Assembly (NCBI GenBank): GCA_963833125.1
Contig: CAWHWX010000016.1
Location: 455,622-519,621 of the forward strand
Length of the DNA: 64,000 nt
Direction: 5' to 3'
From: Candidatus Bathyarchaeota archaeon
Lineage (GTDB): Archaea; Thermoproteota; Bathyarchaeia; 40CM-2-53-6
Shown piece after piece: positions 52,661 through 64,000 of the stretch. The number at the start of each line of letters is the position of its first letter. Within the stretch, counting starts at the first letter, position 1. Made by a program: the position numbers and the translations under genes. Below the pieces are notes generated by a model, which saw only the letters and a list, made by a program, of their open reading frames with translations, did not search any database and was not told the origin of the DNA.

Positions 52661-53215
52661 CTACTTTGTCGTTGTTGGTTTGCGGAATCCATCAAGCGCC
52701 GAGAGTGCCATATCACCGATGGCTGGCATAAAATGATCGGCGACCACAACTAGGAATGCGACTGCAAAGACTCCAAGGATTAGGCCAGTTGGATAATGGG
52801 CGAGCGACCAAGGCAGGGTTCCGCTGTAAAGTAACCAAATCTCCAAAACTATCCTCCCAATGTTCGCGAGGTAGACGCTGACAGCGATAATTCCGAATGC
52901 AAGAATTTTTTTCTTCAACGCAGTCCGGGGAAGGGCTACAATAATTCCGAGAAAGACGGTGATTACTTGTACCCCCGTGCACATTCTCTGGACATCAAAC
53001 TGATTTACGTAAACCTCGCTTCCCTGATACCAAACTGTAGCCTTCATCCCAATCATGTTCATCACCATGGCGGAGTGCTGGGCCGTAATGTTTTCCAGGA
53101 ACCAGTAGTTGGGAATGTAGTAGAGCGAGAGAGCTATCGCGGAAGTGATCCCAAGAAATCGTAGGATCCCGTAAACCTCACTCTTCCGGAGAGCATTGAG
53201 TTTCATACTCATCAT
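52661..53215 (-). CDS. Archaeosortase/exosortase family transpeptidase
   Basis: Catalytic triad pattern CTG, N..RI, AHY in a multi-TM protein. Confidence 0.88.
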   Translation of the reverse strand: MMSMKLNALRKSEVYGILRFLGITSAIALSLYYIPNYWFLENITAQHSAMVMNMIGMKATVWYQGSEVYVNQFDVQRMCTGVQVITVFLGIIVALPRTALKKKILAFGIIAVSVYLANIGRIVLEIWLLYSGTLPWSLAHYPTGLILGVFAVAFLVVVADHFMPAIGDMALSALDGFRKPTTTK

Positions 53216-53406
53216 CTCGAGGCTTGGACATTATCAATGTTACTGGAACTTGATGTAGGGAAGGGGGGGTGTGACATTCCCAGCGGTGAGTCGTGCGCAT
53301 GCGAATTGTGTTTCGAGGATCAATCAAGTTTCCGCCTTTTGATTCGACGAAATCGGCGTGAAAGTGGCATACTCTTCATGAAAAGGCTGAGTCGGAAGGA
53401 GGGGGT

Positions 53407-53880
53407 TTACTTCTTGCGCTTGGTCCGTTTCGCAGCAACGAGGACTGCGGCTAATGCTAGGACGGCAATCGTTGATGTCATTCCTGATGGGAACTCGGGT
53501 ACTGGAACATGCGATTCTTCGAGATAGAAGTTTATCGTGCTTGCTGATCCAGGAGCAACAGCTACAACACTACTGTACGGTACATAGCCTGGCTGGACAA
53601 CCGTGACGTTATAGGTTCCCTGAGGAACGTACATTTGATAATCGCCGCCTCCACTGCTGTAGGCTACGAATGTAGTCCGTCCGTTGTTTGCGTTCACGGT
53701 AGCCCAAGCTATGGGCGAGAGTTGATCATCCCAGGTTAAGCCATAAACCGCGCCGGTTATTTCTCCGCCACCCGCACCCCAGACTTGTTGCACTTGCGGA
53801 TGTGCACTGACAATTTTCGTGCCGAGAAGCAAAATTCCGATCGTAAGAGTTGCTAGGACAAAGTACCGTATGGGCTTCAT
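53407..53880 (-). CDS. PEF-CTERM protein with carboxypeptidase-regulatory-like domain
   Basis: ITGAVYG...G.Y.M.VPQGTYNVTV..PGY; VPEFP, TM, KRTKRKK. Confidence 0.85.
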   Translation of the reverse strand: MKPIRYFVLATLTIGILLLGTKIVSAHPQVQQVWGAGGGEITGAVYGLTWDDQLSPIAWATVNANNGRTTFVAYSSGGGDYQMYVPQGTYNVTVVQPGYVPYSSVVAVAPGSASTINFYLEESHVPVPEFPSGMTSTIAVLALAAVLVAAKRTKRKK

Positions 53881-54070
53881 AGCACGTCACTAGATTAGGG
53901 TTAGAAGTTCCAATAAAGGTTGTGTAACAGTTTCCATCAGCTGAGGATAGCTGCACATGGTTATGGCAATTAGGATGCCATTTGCGCCTTGGACATTTAA
54001 CGAGAGAAGTGGGTAAGGTACATGCGTTTCATTGCCTGAGCGAGTTCGGGAATGACTCCAGGCAATCGAT

Positions 54071-56121
54071 ATGGTCGTTAGGGTTACAAAATTCTGGTTC
54101 GGTTTGCTACTCGCAGCTATGATGCTTTTCAGCATCCTACCATACGTCCAGTGCACAGACTTTCCTTACGGTCCCGGAAACCGGGGTTTCAGGGCAAAAC
54201 CAGATGCTGGACTTCTATGCGGGAGGAACGAGCGAAGGGTACACGCTCCGCATTTCACCCAACGGTGGCACTTTATCGGTAAACAATTACCTATCGATGG
54301 GGCTAATGCCTTGGGGATATGTAGCTACACAATGGTCGACCAGCAAGATCTACATATTCTTCCTAGTCAATGTTACTGCGACTAACTTCCGAATAGGTTT
54401 CCTCTACCTAACCAACTCTTCCAGCGAACCGTTCATCCTTCGCTGGTACGATTATGCCTCCAACAACATTCAGGTTTGGACATTTCAAGGAATACAACAT
54501 GTCTATAATCGAACCGTTTCCGCAGGTTCCGTCGTACTTCCGAAATTACAAATTCCTGCGGTCGCAAAAGTCACGAACGGTCTGTCTGCTCTAGGTCCGC
54601 AGCTGTATCTCACTTCAAAATACGGTGAGTGGTTGAACGGGACAACGGCGCTATCCATCTACCCACTCTACAACCAATACTACACCGGCGCCAATGATTA
54701 CAATGAGGTTTGGTCTCTTCTTGCCGATGGCGTAGGCAACTATTATTTTGCGATTCTCTACATGCAGAACAGCGACGCATCACACATTATAATTGAACAT
54801 CAGCTTCGATTGAATGATTACCTCAGACTAAACGGAACAACAGTAAACGCAAGGTGGAAGCTAGGCGACTTCGTAAACCAACTCACGGTAAGAACTGGAG
54901 TTCCGAACTTGAATGTGACCGTAGACGGATTCCCATTTCAAACCAACCAGAAAGGGATTCTCTCTACATCAGTACCCGGCGGAACCATGACTTTGGAAGT
55001 TCCGACAGAAATTTCAGGATCCGATAACACGAAATTGACATTCTCGAGTTGGGGCAAATTCGGAAACTCAAACCCGCTCCGAGTAGTCATGAATTCAACC
55101 CTGGATATTACCGCAAAATACAACAATCAAGATTTCGTCGCCGTCAACAGCCCCTATGGTGACCCACAGGGTTCGGGTTGGTACCCAGAAGGGACAAACA
55201 CCACTTTCGCGGTAAACCGCACCGTTGACTATGGAAACGGGACCAGACCCGTCTTCTTGCAGTGGACAGGAGATTCGAATTCCACAATACCTCAGGGATG
55301 GTTCATCATGGATTCGGCAAAGCAAGTGACTGCTGAATGGAAAACACAGTACGCCATGACCATCAGCGCACCCGGTTTACCAGCAAACGCCAGCGCCAAT
55401 GTTCTCGTTGGAAATCAACCCATAACTCTCACCGGCCCGGCACCAGTCACCGAATGGGTTGATGCCTATCAGCAATTGGCTATCACAGTTCAAAATCAGC
55501 ACGTTCAAGCTCCGACTGGAAACTACTCATTCTCCGAGCTTCGCCGACAACCAAACATTTGCGGGAATCCTGGTCGTAACCCAACCAATCACTATTTGGT
55601 TGATGTACTCCGCATCACCGAGCAGTGCGCCGGCCATTGGGTTGAAAAGTTCCTCAAATCGAAGTTCCAACAACGATGGCGGTTAACGCGGATATTGATT
55701 CAATATTTCTCAGTAATGGTTTAATGCTTGTCAAGAGCATTTCCGAGATAGCACCAATGATAAGTCTTACTGCAACCCTAGCAGACTTCGGGTATTTGCT
55801 AGCGGCCTTCATCGTCCCAGGCGGATCCCCAATCGCGGCATACCTACTGGGAAGCCTGTTCGTTGGTTTAATCTACGTTCTCCCAGTTAGCACTGTCGCC
55901 CTGTTTTACAGATCAGCAAAGACGAAACGTCACCCGAACCTCGGACACTCACGCCTCTCGCAATTATTTGGGCAATCTCACTAGCCCTAATACTGTTGAG
56001 TTCTAACGTCGCTGCATTCCAAAGCCTCGTGGCCACCCTCCAACTTCTGTTAATGCTAACTACGATGCTTCTGTTTCCGCTCGTGATCACGTTCCACATT
56101 GGCGAAATTCACCAGCGTTAA
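54071..56121 (+). CDS. Large surface protein with beta-sandwich repeats and multi-TM C-terminus; several frameshifts
   Basis: Signal peptide, GSGWY/WKTQY repeats, and hydrophobic tail in successive frames. Confidence 0.7.
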
Positions 56122-56280
56122 GCAACTAACAGATTTCAGAATTCTCTTCCGAGCTAGTAACGTTGCTGGATTACTGTTAATCGAGTAAATTCGGCTTCAT
56201 CGCGCCTGCACTTCTCCGTGCAGCTAAACACTTTATGAATTCTCCGAGATCCCGCCGTCATCTCTTCGGTCGGCGAGACT

Positions 56281-59259
56281 ATGGCATCAGGCATCTTACG
56301 GAAAGTTATCGTGCTCGCACTCATTCTCTTCGCCCTCGTCTTCGTACCTAATGTCTCGCATGTGGCCGCCGCCCCAAGCGCACATCCAATGGCGGTCTAC
56401 GAACCAGCGATGTCAACGCTGTCAGGGTCGTCAAACGTGACGCGAAGTATGCCTCTCCCTACGCCCACCCCCGGTTACGTCTTTAGGCCGGCTCCAACTT
56501 CAGGTGTCTTGCACCTCGCAATTATCGCGGCTTACTTCACTGACATTAATTATTCAGTTAGCACTGCTACGCTAAAGTCGGAGTACTTCGGACCAACACC
56601 TTCGGTCGCCTCCTACTACCAAGAAGACTCGTACGGAAAAGTCACGATCACCGGAGACGTTTTGGATGGTACAAGCTTCCATACCCGGAAGCTCACTATG
56701 GAGCGGACTGCCTCGGCATCGACGATGCCGGATGCGACGGTCAAGATGCATCTTGGCAGATAGCGCAGGATGCCTACAATATCGCGTGTACTAGTGTTAA
56801 CTTCGCCAACTACGACTATTTCATTTTCGTGCATTCAGGAAACGGCGAGGAATCCAGCGGCGTAAAGAACGACGTCTGGTCGGTTACGTATCTGGGCGGA
56901 GTATGGGTGCGGCCATCTCCCGCCGCTTGTTCGACTAGTATAACGTTAACGAAGTTCAATATCGTCCCAGAGAAGGAAGCCGGTGGGGCTGTACCGATGG
57001 GCGTCTTTTGCCACGAGTTCGGACATCAATTAGGCCTGCCAGATCTCTACAATACGAACACAGGCCAGACGATCCTAGGCCCATGGTCGTTGATGGACAA
57101 GGGCTTTGGAATGGCAACCCGCCAGGCTCAAGCCCATCCCATATGGACGCTTGGTCTAAAGTTCAACTAGGGTTCATGAGTGGGTCGATGATCGCGACCG
57201 CAAATGCCGGAGTAACCTCAAAATTCACAATTGACCCTACCGAGGTTTCGAGTAGTAATGTTCACGTTGTCGAAGTTCCGTTGGGTCCCAGTTCCCCCCC
57301 GAGCAAATATTATTTAATTGAAGTCAGGTCGGCGACCGGTTACGACTCCGGTCTCCCTGCGACGGGTGTGCTAATCCTATCAGTAGACAGTACGCAATTG
57401 ATCGGCAAGGTAAGAATCATTAATGGTCATCCCAGCGTGTCCGACCTAAATGAGGCGACTTGGAGTGTCGGGCAAACATTTACCGACACGACAAACGGTT
57501 TGTCTATCACTGTCACGGGCACGACAGGTAATTCCTACCAAGTCAGCGTGAACAGAGGCGGCGGGCAACCTCCACCGATTCAGCAGCCACAGAACCAAAC
57601 CTTCATCGACTTAGCGATTGTAAGCGTTTCAGCCCAACCCCAAGTAATAACTGTCCCCAACACAACAGTCACCATCACCCTACAGATCTCGAATCAGGGT
57701 ACGGAGGCGGCGAATAATGTTCCAGTCGCCGTAGACCTCGACGCAAAGTCCTACACGACTCTACAAGTCTCTATAGGTGCGGGCGCCACGACACCAACTA
57801 CTTTGACCTGGGTTTCCGTAGCCGGAAGCCACACATTCAAAATAACCATAGACCCAGACAACACAATCAACAACACAAACCCGCTAACAACGTTGCCACA
57901 TTCACGCTTAGCGTCGGGCCGACACTCACAATTAACGTCCCACTCAACGTTACCACGACCGGAACCGTTTGGGTGCTAATCAATGGAGCAAAGTACAACA
58001 TAACCTCAAGCCAATTCCAAACCAGCGTCCCTAACGGAACAATAACTGTTCAGATTCAACCTGCGGTGAACACTTCGCAGGGTGTTAGACAAAGTTTCAC
58101 CGGATGGTCAGATGGCAGCACTAACAACCCAAGACAAATCAATGTAACCTCGGGTGCCGTTCTACAGGCACTTTACACGACACAATACCTACTCGCCATA
58201 AACCAAAACGGTGGAACCACAACGCCGAGTGCGTGGTACAAGCCAAACGTAACAGTATCCGTATCCGCCAACAACCCATCAAACGTAACGCTGGACGCTT
58301 CCAGATTCATGTTCTCTTCGTGGAGTGGGGATTTCATGTCGAACTCAACTGCACTGACGGTCACGATGAGTAAACCAGTGACGCTGCAAGCGAACTGGAT
58401 CAAGCAATACTACGTAACCATAATCTCACCAACCGGCTCCCCGAGCGGCGACGGTTGGTATAACGCCGGATCCGTAGTCACGGTAGGAGTTCAATCAACC
58501 GTTCAATACGCAAATGGTACGCGCATGATATTCGACGGCTGGAACTCCACTAAGCTCGGAAATAACCCCACTACGCAAATTACGGTGAATTCACCAACTA
58601 GGTTACTCGCTGCGTGGAAAACACAATATCTGCTCACACTCCAATCCCAATACGGCGCAGCGTCCGGGGCAGGGTGGTATGATGCAGGAACACAAGTCTC
58701 GATCAGCGTTCCATCTGAAATCACTTATACGAACGCAACCCGCCAAATATTCAACGGGTGGATCGGGGACTATGCCAGTCCATCAAACAACGCAACCCTA
58801 CGCATAGACTCGCCGAAAACCATAACCGCACAATGGAACACACAGTATTTGGTCACGTTATCCGTGAGCGGATTACCGAACGCCACAATCCTGAAACTGA
58901 ACCTCGATAATACCTCATACACTCTACCCGCGAATTCAAACTATCAAGCTTGGATCCAGAAAGGAACCTCAATCAACCCAACACTAAACCAAACCATTGT
59001 AAACGGAATCGAGGCATACAAATTCACGGGTTGGAGAAACTCCACCGGAGGCATCATTCAAAGCCCATTAGCTGTAAACGCCCCGGGAACATATGTCGCA
59101 TCATACACAACTCAACTAAGCATCCCCGCTATACCTGGCTTTCCGCTAGAAGGAATAGTGATTGGATTGCTCTTCGGGTTGCTTGTCCTAGCGATTAGGC
59201 GAAAGCCCTATCGACAAAGGGAATCAAATTCGACTTACCGCGAGCTGAGAAACGAGTAA
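56281..59259 (+). CDS. M6-family (immune inhibitor A-like) metalloprotease + CARDB + repeat stalk + PGF-CTERM-like anchor; three frameshifts
   Basis: YYQEDSYGK, HSGNGEE, HEFGHQLGLPDLY, WSLMD, YYLIEVR; ends IPGFP, TM, RRK. Confidence 0.85.
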
Positions 59260-59352
59260 TTTTATGCTGGCCTCGCTCCGGCCCCTGCTAAACTTTCCCA
59301 ACATATTCGCGGGTTTTACTTCAATTCGCTACTTCGGGCGGGCTGATTGATT

Positions 59353-61491
59353 TTAGCGCGTGAGGAAGATGATGCCTTTGTCTTCCTCAACGCGAAATTG
59401 TGCCCAACGGTCGTTGTAGGGTTTGCCCCTCAGTTTCTTTATTCTCAGTCGTCTTCGTTGTCCCGCGCCGGATTCGTGGAGTTGAGTTTCGATCACGCAG
59501 TCGGCTGACTCTTCGAGCTTCGTCATGTCACGTGCTTCAATGCCTGCGCCAACGGTTATGCAGAGCCTTCCGTTGTTCGCTTTGACCCGTGCGGCTACTG
59601 TTTGAAGGAAGTTGATGACGTAATCAATCCGGAGTGCTGTGATCAGGGGGTTCAGCGAGTCCAGGTAGACATCGGCTCTGTTGCCAGCGACTTGGAGGCA
59701 TTTGGAAATGCTCAATCCCAAGTTTGTTAAATCCGTGTGTGAATTCACTGAGAATTCCTCCGTCGAAGCGCCTCCACCAACGGCTGAGTAAGCGTCGATG
59801 AAAATCAAGCGCTTCGAGTCTTTCACATCAGAGGCGTTTCCTACTCCTAGCCTAATCATGCTGTCGCGAATTTTATCAGGGTATTCGGTGTTGGTGATGT
59901 AGACCGAGGTGCCCGAAGCGAGGTGTTCTGCGGCGAAGCAGTTCAGAAGAACCGTTTTGCCGGAACCAGAATTCCCAGCGATTACAACGAAGCACGCCTC
60001 AGGTAAGCCACCATGCGTCAATTCTCCGAAGTAGTTGAAGTTTGTTGGGTATAGCTTGCCGCGTTTTCTCCGGACCAAAACCACGGACGCCAACGCAATA
60101 ATGGCAATCAAGGCTACCGTCGTAATCGTTCGATGAGGGAACGGAACGGGGACAACGATCGTTTCATTCTGGTCTATGTGAAGTGAGGTTTGGTATGTGT
60201 TGAGGAGGTAGTCGACGCGGACGACATAGTCACCAGCGGGAATGTTCCTGAATTTCGCCGTCCCATCGATGCCCGTAGACATCTGTTGCACTTTGCCGAT
60301 TTGGTATAGGCTTACGTTGGCTAAGGGAAGAGGAATGTTGAGTAATGTGACTCGGATGCTCGTTGAATATACTGTCAGTTGGATTGTCAGCGTCTTAGGG
60401 CCGGGGACTTCGAGAGGGAATAATGATTGGGTTCCGAGCCATGAGACCGTCAGGTTTAGGGGGCCGACAACTTGCGTGGAGGGTAGAGATAACGTTCCCC
60501 AACCAGTTGCGTTCGTTACCGAACTCCAGAACGACTCCGCATCAAAACCTACAGCTAGCGTAGCGTTCGGAAGACTTGAACCGTCGGAGGCCAAGACAAT
60601 AATCGAGACGGGATAAAACCGGGTAACCCAAAAGGGTTGAGTGAACGAGTAGCCGTTACCACTCGAGTCAACCAAAAGTAAACTCACCTGCCATTGCCCT
60701 TGACCGAAACTCGAAGCTACCGTGTAGGTTGTCGAATAGTCTGTTGCGTTCCTCGGGTTCATGGGTACTTCGACGCTACTTCCATTTTCTGCCGTGAGTC
60801 GAAGTATGGCTGAGCTGAATCGATAGATGCCTATCGTGTCGGTGAGGGTTGCATTGACGTGAATCGCCCGAGTCCCGTTGGATCCTGCTTCGAAGATTTC
60901 ACCAAAACTTCTTTCGCCGAAGTATTTGATCTCGGCGTTGGCTGGATCGAGTGTCGGAATTTTTACGCTCGTGGCAGCACTTGCATCATCCCACACCAGA
61001 AGGGGCTTGCCCGTTCCTGCGGTTTGAACAATGCCGATGTGGAGCAGTATCGTTGATCCCGCGTGAAAGTTGTATTCGATCGCAGGTCCTACACCGAGGG
61101 TTACGGGGATCGTCGCCATATTCAAGTAAATCAGCGTATCCACCTTAGCGCCAGGTACGAGCGTTTGTAACCCGCCGGGCGTGACTTCTGCCAATTGCAC
61201 CCCCACCGTGCCCTCAAAGGGGCCGCTAGCGCGAAGGTACAGGTTGAACGTTAACGCTCCTTGAATTTGCAAGTCTTGTCCAAGGACGGGGCTGAGCTTG
61301 AAATCTAGTCCGTTCGTTAGGTCGGCAGCTTTCTGGGCGTTCGATTGTGGGAGCGCGGTGAGAATCGCTGACCTACCGTAGCCGTGGGCGTAGAGAATTA
61401 CGTATTGGGCGTTGGTTTGCGCTTGCGCCCGGGGAACGAGCAGGAGTGGCAGGAGAATGAGTGATGTGAGAATGATGATGCGTAGGCGCAT
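59353..61491 (-). CDS. Receptor-like protein: large ectodomain, TM, intact KaiC/RAD55-like ATPase
   Basis: Signal peptide; TM then RRKR; GGLP, GNSGSGKT, FIDAYS, YLDSL, RRLRIKKLRG. Confidence 0.85.
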   Translation of the reverse strand: MRLRIIILTSLILLPLLLVPRAQAQTNAQYVILYAHGYGRSAILTALPQSNAQKAADLTNGLDFKLSPVLGQDLQIQGALTFNLYLRASGPFEGTVGVQLAEVTPGGLQTLVPGAKVDTLIYLNMATIPVTLGVGPAIEYNFHAGSTILLHIGIVQTAGTGKPLLVWDDASAATSVKIPTLDPANAEIKYFGERSFGEIFEAGSNGTRAIHVNATLTDTIGIYRFSSAILRLTAENGSSVEVPMNPRNATDYSTTYTVASSFGQGQWQVSLLLVDSSGNGYSFTQPFWVTRFYPVSIIVLASDGSSLPNATLAVGFDAESFWSSVTNATGWGTLSLPSTQVVGPLNLTVSWLGTQSLFPLEVPGPKTLTIQLTVYSTSIRVTLLNIPLPLANVSLYQIGKVQQMSTGIDGTAKFRNIPAGDYVVRVDYLLNTYQTSLHIDQNETIVVPVPFPHRTITTVALIAIIALASVVLVRRKRGKLYPTNFNYFGELTHGGLPEACFVVIAGNSGSGKTVLLNCFAAEHLASGTSVYITNTEYPDKIRDSMIRLGVGNASDVKDSKRLIFIDAYSAVGGGASTEEFSVNSHTDLTNLGLSISKCLQVAGNRADVYLDSLNPLITALRIDYVINFLQTVAARVKANNGRLCITVGAGIEARDMTKLEESADCVIETQLHESGAGQRRRLRIKKLRGKPYNDRWAQFRVEEDKGIIFLTR

Positions 61492-61543
61492 CGCATTGGC
61501 CTGTTCGTGGTATACCGACGTGCCAAATTAGGGTTATCCATGA

Positions 61544-61745
61544 TTCATCCGAAATGAAGGTAATTCGAGAGTTTGAGCGATTTTCAGCCCGAAAATTCCA
61601 TGGTTGAATAGATTTTCATCCATTTCCATGGCCGAAATGGACATTTCCGTGAATGTATCGGATTCCAACTGTCTCCCTTATATGCGTTCAAGACGGACTG
61701 CCGAAATTGTATGCGTAACGTTTGCGCATAACAAATTAAAGGAGA
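61544..61745. promoter_or_regulatory. Divergent promoter region with several inverted repeats, TATA box, 5'-UTR hairpin and SD
   Basis: ATTTTC-N5-GAAAAT at 61580-96; TCCATTTC-N7-GAAATGGA at 61619-41; TTATAT at ~61678; TATGCG-N9-CGCATA at 61710-30; AAGGAG at 61739-44. Confidence 0.6.
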
Positions 61746-61754
61746 AATAAAAAT

Positions 61755-64000
61755 TTGCATAAGAAATTAACTGCAACGCTAACAATCGCTATTTTCCTAA
61801 TTAGCACATTCGCAATTATTGTTCCAACACAAGCGCACTTCACTTTGGGCAATCTAACGGGATCAAGCCCATTCGCCGTTAACAACTTTGATCCGCACGT
61901 GGCTGGACCTATTGGTTATGTTTGGCCTGGCAGCGGTCAATGTGCGTACCAGGGCATCCCGAACCAAGCGAATAGTAATTGTTCGCCTGGTTATCAGTCA
62001 CCTTACCCGAACGGTAATCCGCCGGGTGCACCGAGCAACTCGTGGTATCAGCTTCAAGGGGACACGTACGCCCCATTCGGAGCAGTACTAACAAACTCGA
62101 CCGGTGACTTAGTCTTCGCACTAAACGCCACCTGTTTACCCGCACAATGGACCACCGGCTGCGCAGCAGCACCTCAGCATGAAATTCAGACGCCTATGTC
62201 AAACACCGGGGGTTGGGATACATGGTTTATCCTGATTCCGCCTGAATTCACCGTACCCGGTGCGGCAACCTTCGACAGTTCACAAATCGTCTCGACCCTA
62301 ACGAACAGTTACGACAGGTACCTTGTTGCGAAGCTCGCCCCAGACGACCGATATGCGCCAAACTGGACTCTAGTTGCAATAACAGTAGATGCCACAGTTG
62401 ACGCTAACAATGCAGGCACCACATACTACAACCACCAATTCATCAACTTCACGAGCGCAGGTGAATGGTACTACGCCAGAATCAACGGCGTAACCGCACC
62501 ATCCATCGCGGGACAATACTTCTTCAAAATGGCCCTATACAGCAGTAACAATCGATATGGCGTCGGTCCAACACTGGGCAACGGTCCCGGATTTGATACT
62601 GAGAATTCGTTCACTTGGGTTCCGCCACAAAACTGGCCAGTCGTGCTCGTTAAGGGTGAGACTGATCCAGCCATCATCACCGGAACTCTCCGGTATGGCG
62701 GTTACAACGCAAGTCTCTACGGTCAACCGATCGGTGAGGCTGGCACAGTGTGGGCTACTATGACTACACGCATTGACCCATACACTGGACAGCAAAGACT
62801 AGACCTATGCAACAACGGAGTAGGTTCCGGCTGCATAGGCGCTCAAGCTTTCTTGAACGCTACGGATCATGGACACTACGAGTTGGAAGGGCTTGCGCCG
62901 GGTGTTTACAATATTTACGCCTCGGCGGCTGGTTTTCCAACAACGCTCTGTACGAGCGGAACAGTAAGCGTCCTCAAAGGCCAATCGTTACACTTCGACT
63001 GCTACCTGCAACCAGGGCCCGTGATTCACGGTAACGTGTTCACGAAGCACCAATTCGGTGACGAACCCTGGCCAGGAAACTCCACATCAGGACAGTACAT
63101 CAAAATTGAACTTTACAGTAACGCAACACTCAGCAACCAAGTCGACCCAAGCGCTGGTCCACCAGTCTCATGGTCCCCGCTACCATGCGTAGCAGGAGGC
63201 CAAGAGCTCTACTACGGTAGACGAGCAGCTGGGTTGTGCGGTGACCCACGCGACGGAAGCGCAATGCGTTTCCATGGCATGAGTACAGCACAGATGCAAA
63301 CGTCGTAGCACAACCAAACGTCAACGGTTACACCAGAGACGTTTCGATGAGCAGCTTCTTTGGTAACACAATCCTAACCTCCGACCCGCAAGGTGTCGGT
63401 CCACCACAGAAGTGGTTCGTTAGTGGAGGTACAACAACTCCATTCCACTTTGAGTTCGGTTTGAAGGGTGAGTACGGTGCTCCAGCGGACCTGTCCGGCG
63501 AGGTGCCGCAGGTTTACTCTACTTGGATCAACGGACTTACAGCAGGCAGGTACTATGTACGTGCTTGGACCTTCCGTTACGTTCAGACAGCCCTGGACGG
63601 TTCTACCTTCCAGGAGTACTACTTTGACGTAACACCCAATGAGTGGGCGGGAGACGTTACATTGCCTCTTGACCTACGCTTAAGCAGCTGGGTCAACAAG
63701 ACAGTGTACTTCCACGACACACCAAACACCATAACAACCAGCCCAATCCACACCGTCGCAGGTTACCTTTGGGGTAATCTAGTCGGCGCAGACGGGCATG
63801 TGTATGCGCACAACGTTACAGGGCTCGGATACGACAGCGAGTACTACTACAGCAGCGGATGCGCATCGTACGATCAATACTCGTACTCTTTCGTGGCCGC
63901 AAACGGTGAAACCTTCAACAGCTACAATGGCTTCAAGGGCTCCGGTGAAAACGGGGCTCCAAGCCAAGACTGCACACCAACAGGATCCAGTGGATTCTAC
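61755..64000 (+). CDS. Very large secreted/surface (S-layer-like) glycoprotein, runs off the window; frameshift at ~63265
   Basis: Signal peptide, many NxS/T sequons, carboxypeptidase-regulatory-like segment GHYELEGLAPGVYNIYASAAGF; coding continues in another frame (DPQGVGPPQKWFV...). Confidence 0.75.

Noticed and set aside
630-63308. About 20 split genes as pseudogenes or programmed frameshifts
   Set aside because: Breaks hit essential genes (lysS, polB1, rps30e), mostly sit in short homopolymers and show no common slippery motif; best explained as long-read indel errors

Overview
Chromosomal segment of a TACK-superphylum archaeon, most consistent with Bathyarchaeia (inferred from PolB1, eS25, eS30, class I LysRS, thermosome-Rpo6, tRNAs with non-canonical BHB introns, and archaeosortase with PEF/PGF-CTERM proteins). 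About 20 genes, including essential ones, carry single-base indels, mostly in short homopolymers. This points to an unpolished long-read assembly, so split ORFs are merged here. The window holds an oligopeptide ABC transporter tail, housekeeping genes and many secreted or surface proteins. The best candidate for an undescribed system lies at 14.1-19.8 kb: three paralogous winged-helix proteins, a divergent wHTH regulator, a perfect 15-bp direct repeat in the shared promoter, and NurA-HerA without adjacent Mre11/Rad50. Also notable are two receptor-like 'ectodomain-TM-KaiC/RAD55 ATPase' proteins (one intact, one degenerate), apparent CTG/TTA start codons, and several small genes missed by the ORF track. 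All family assignments come from motif recognition; no database searches were run.
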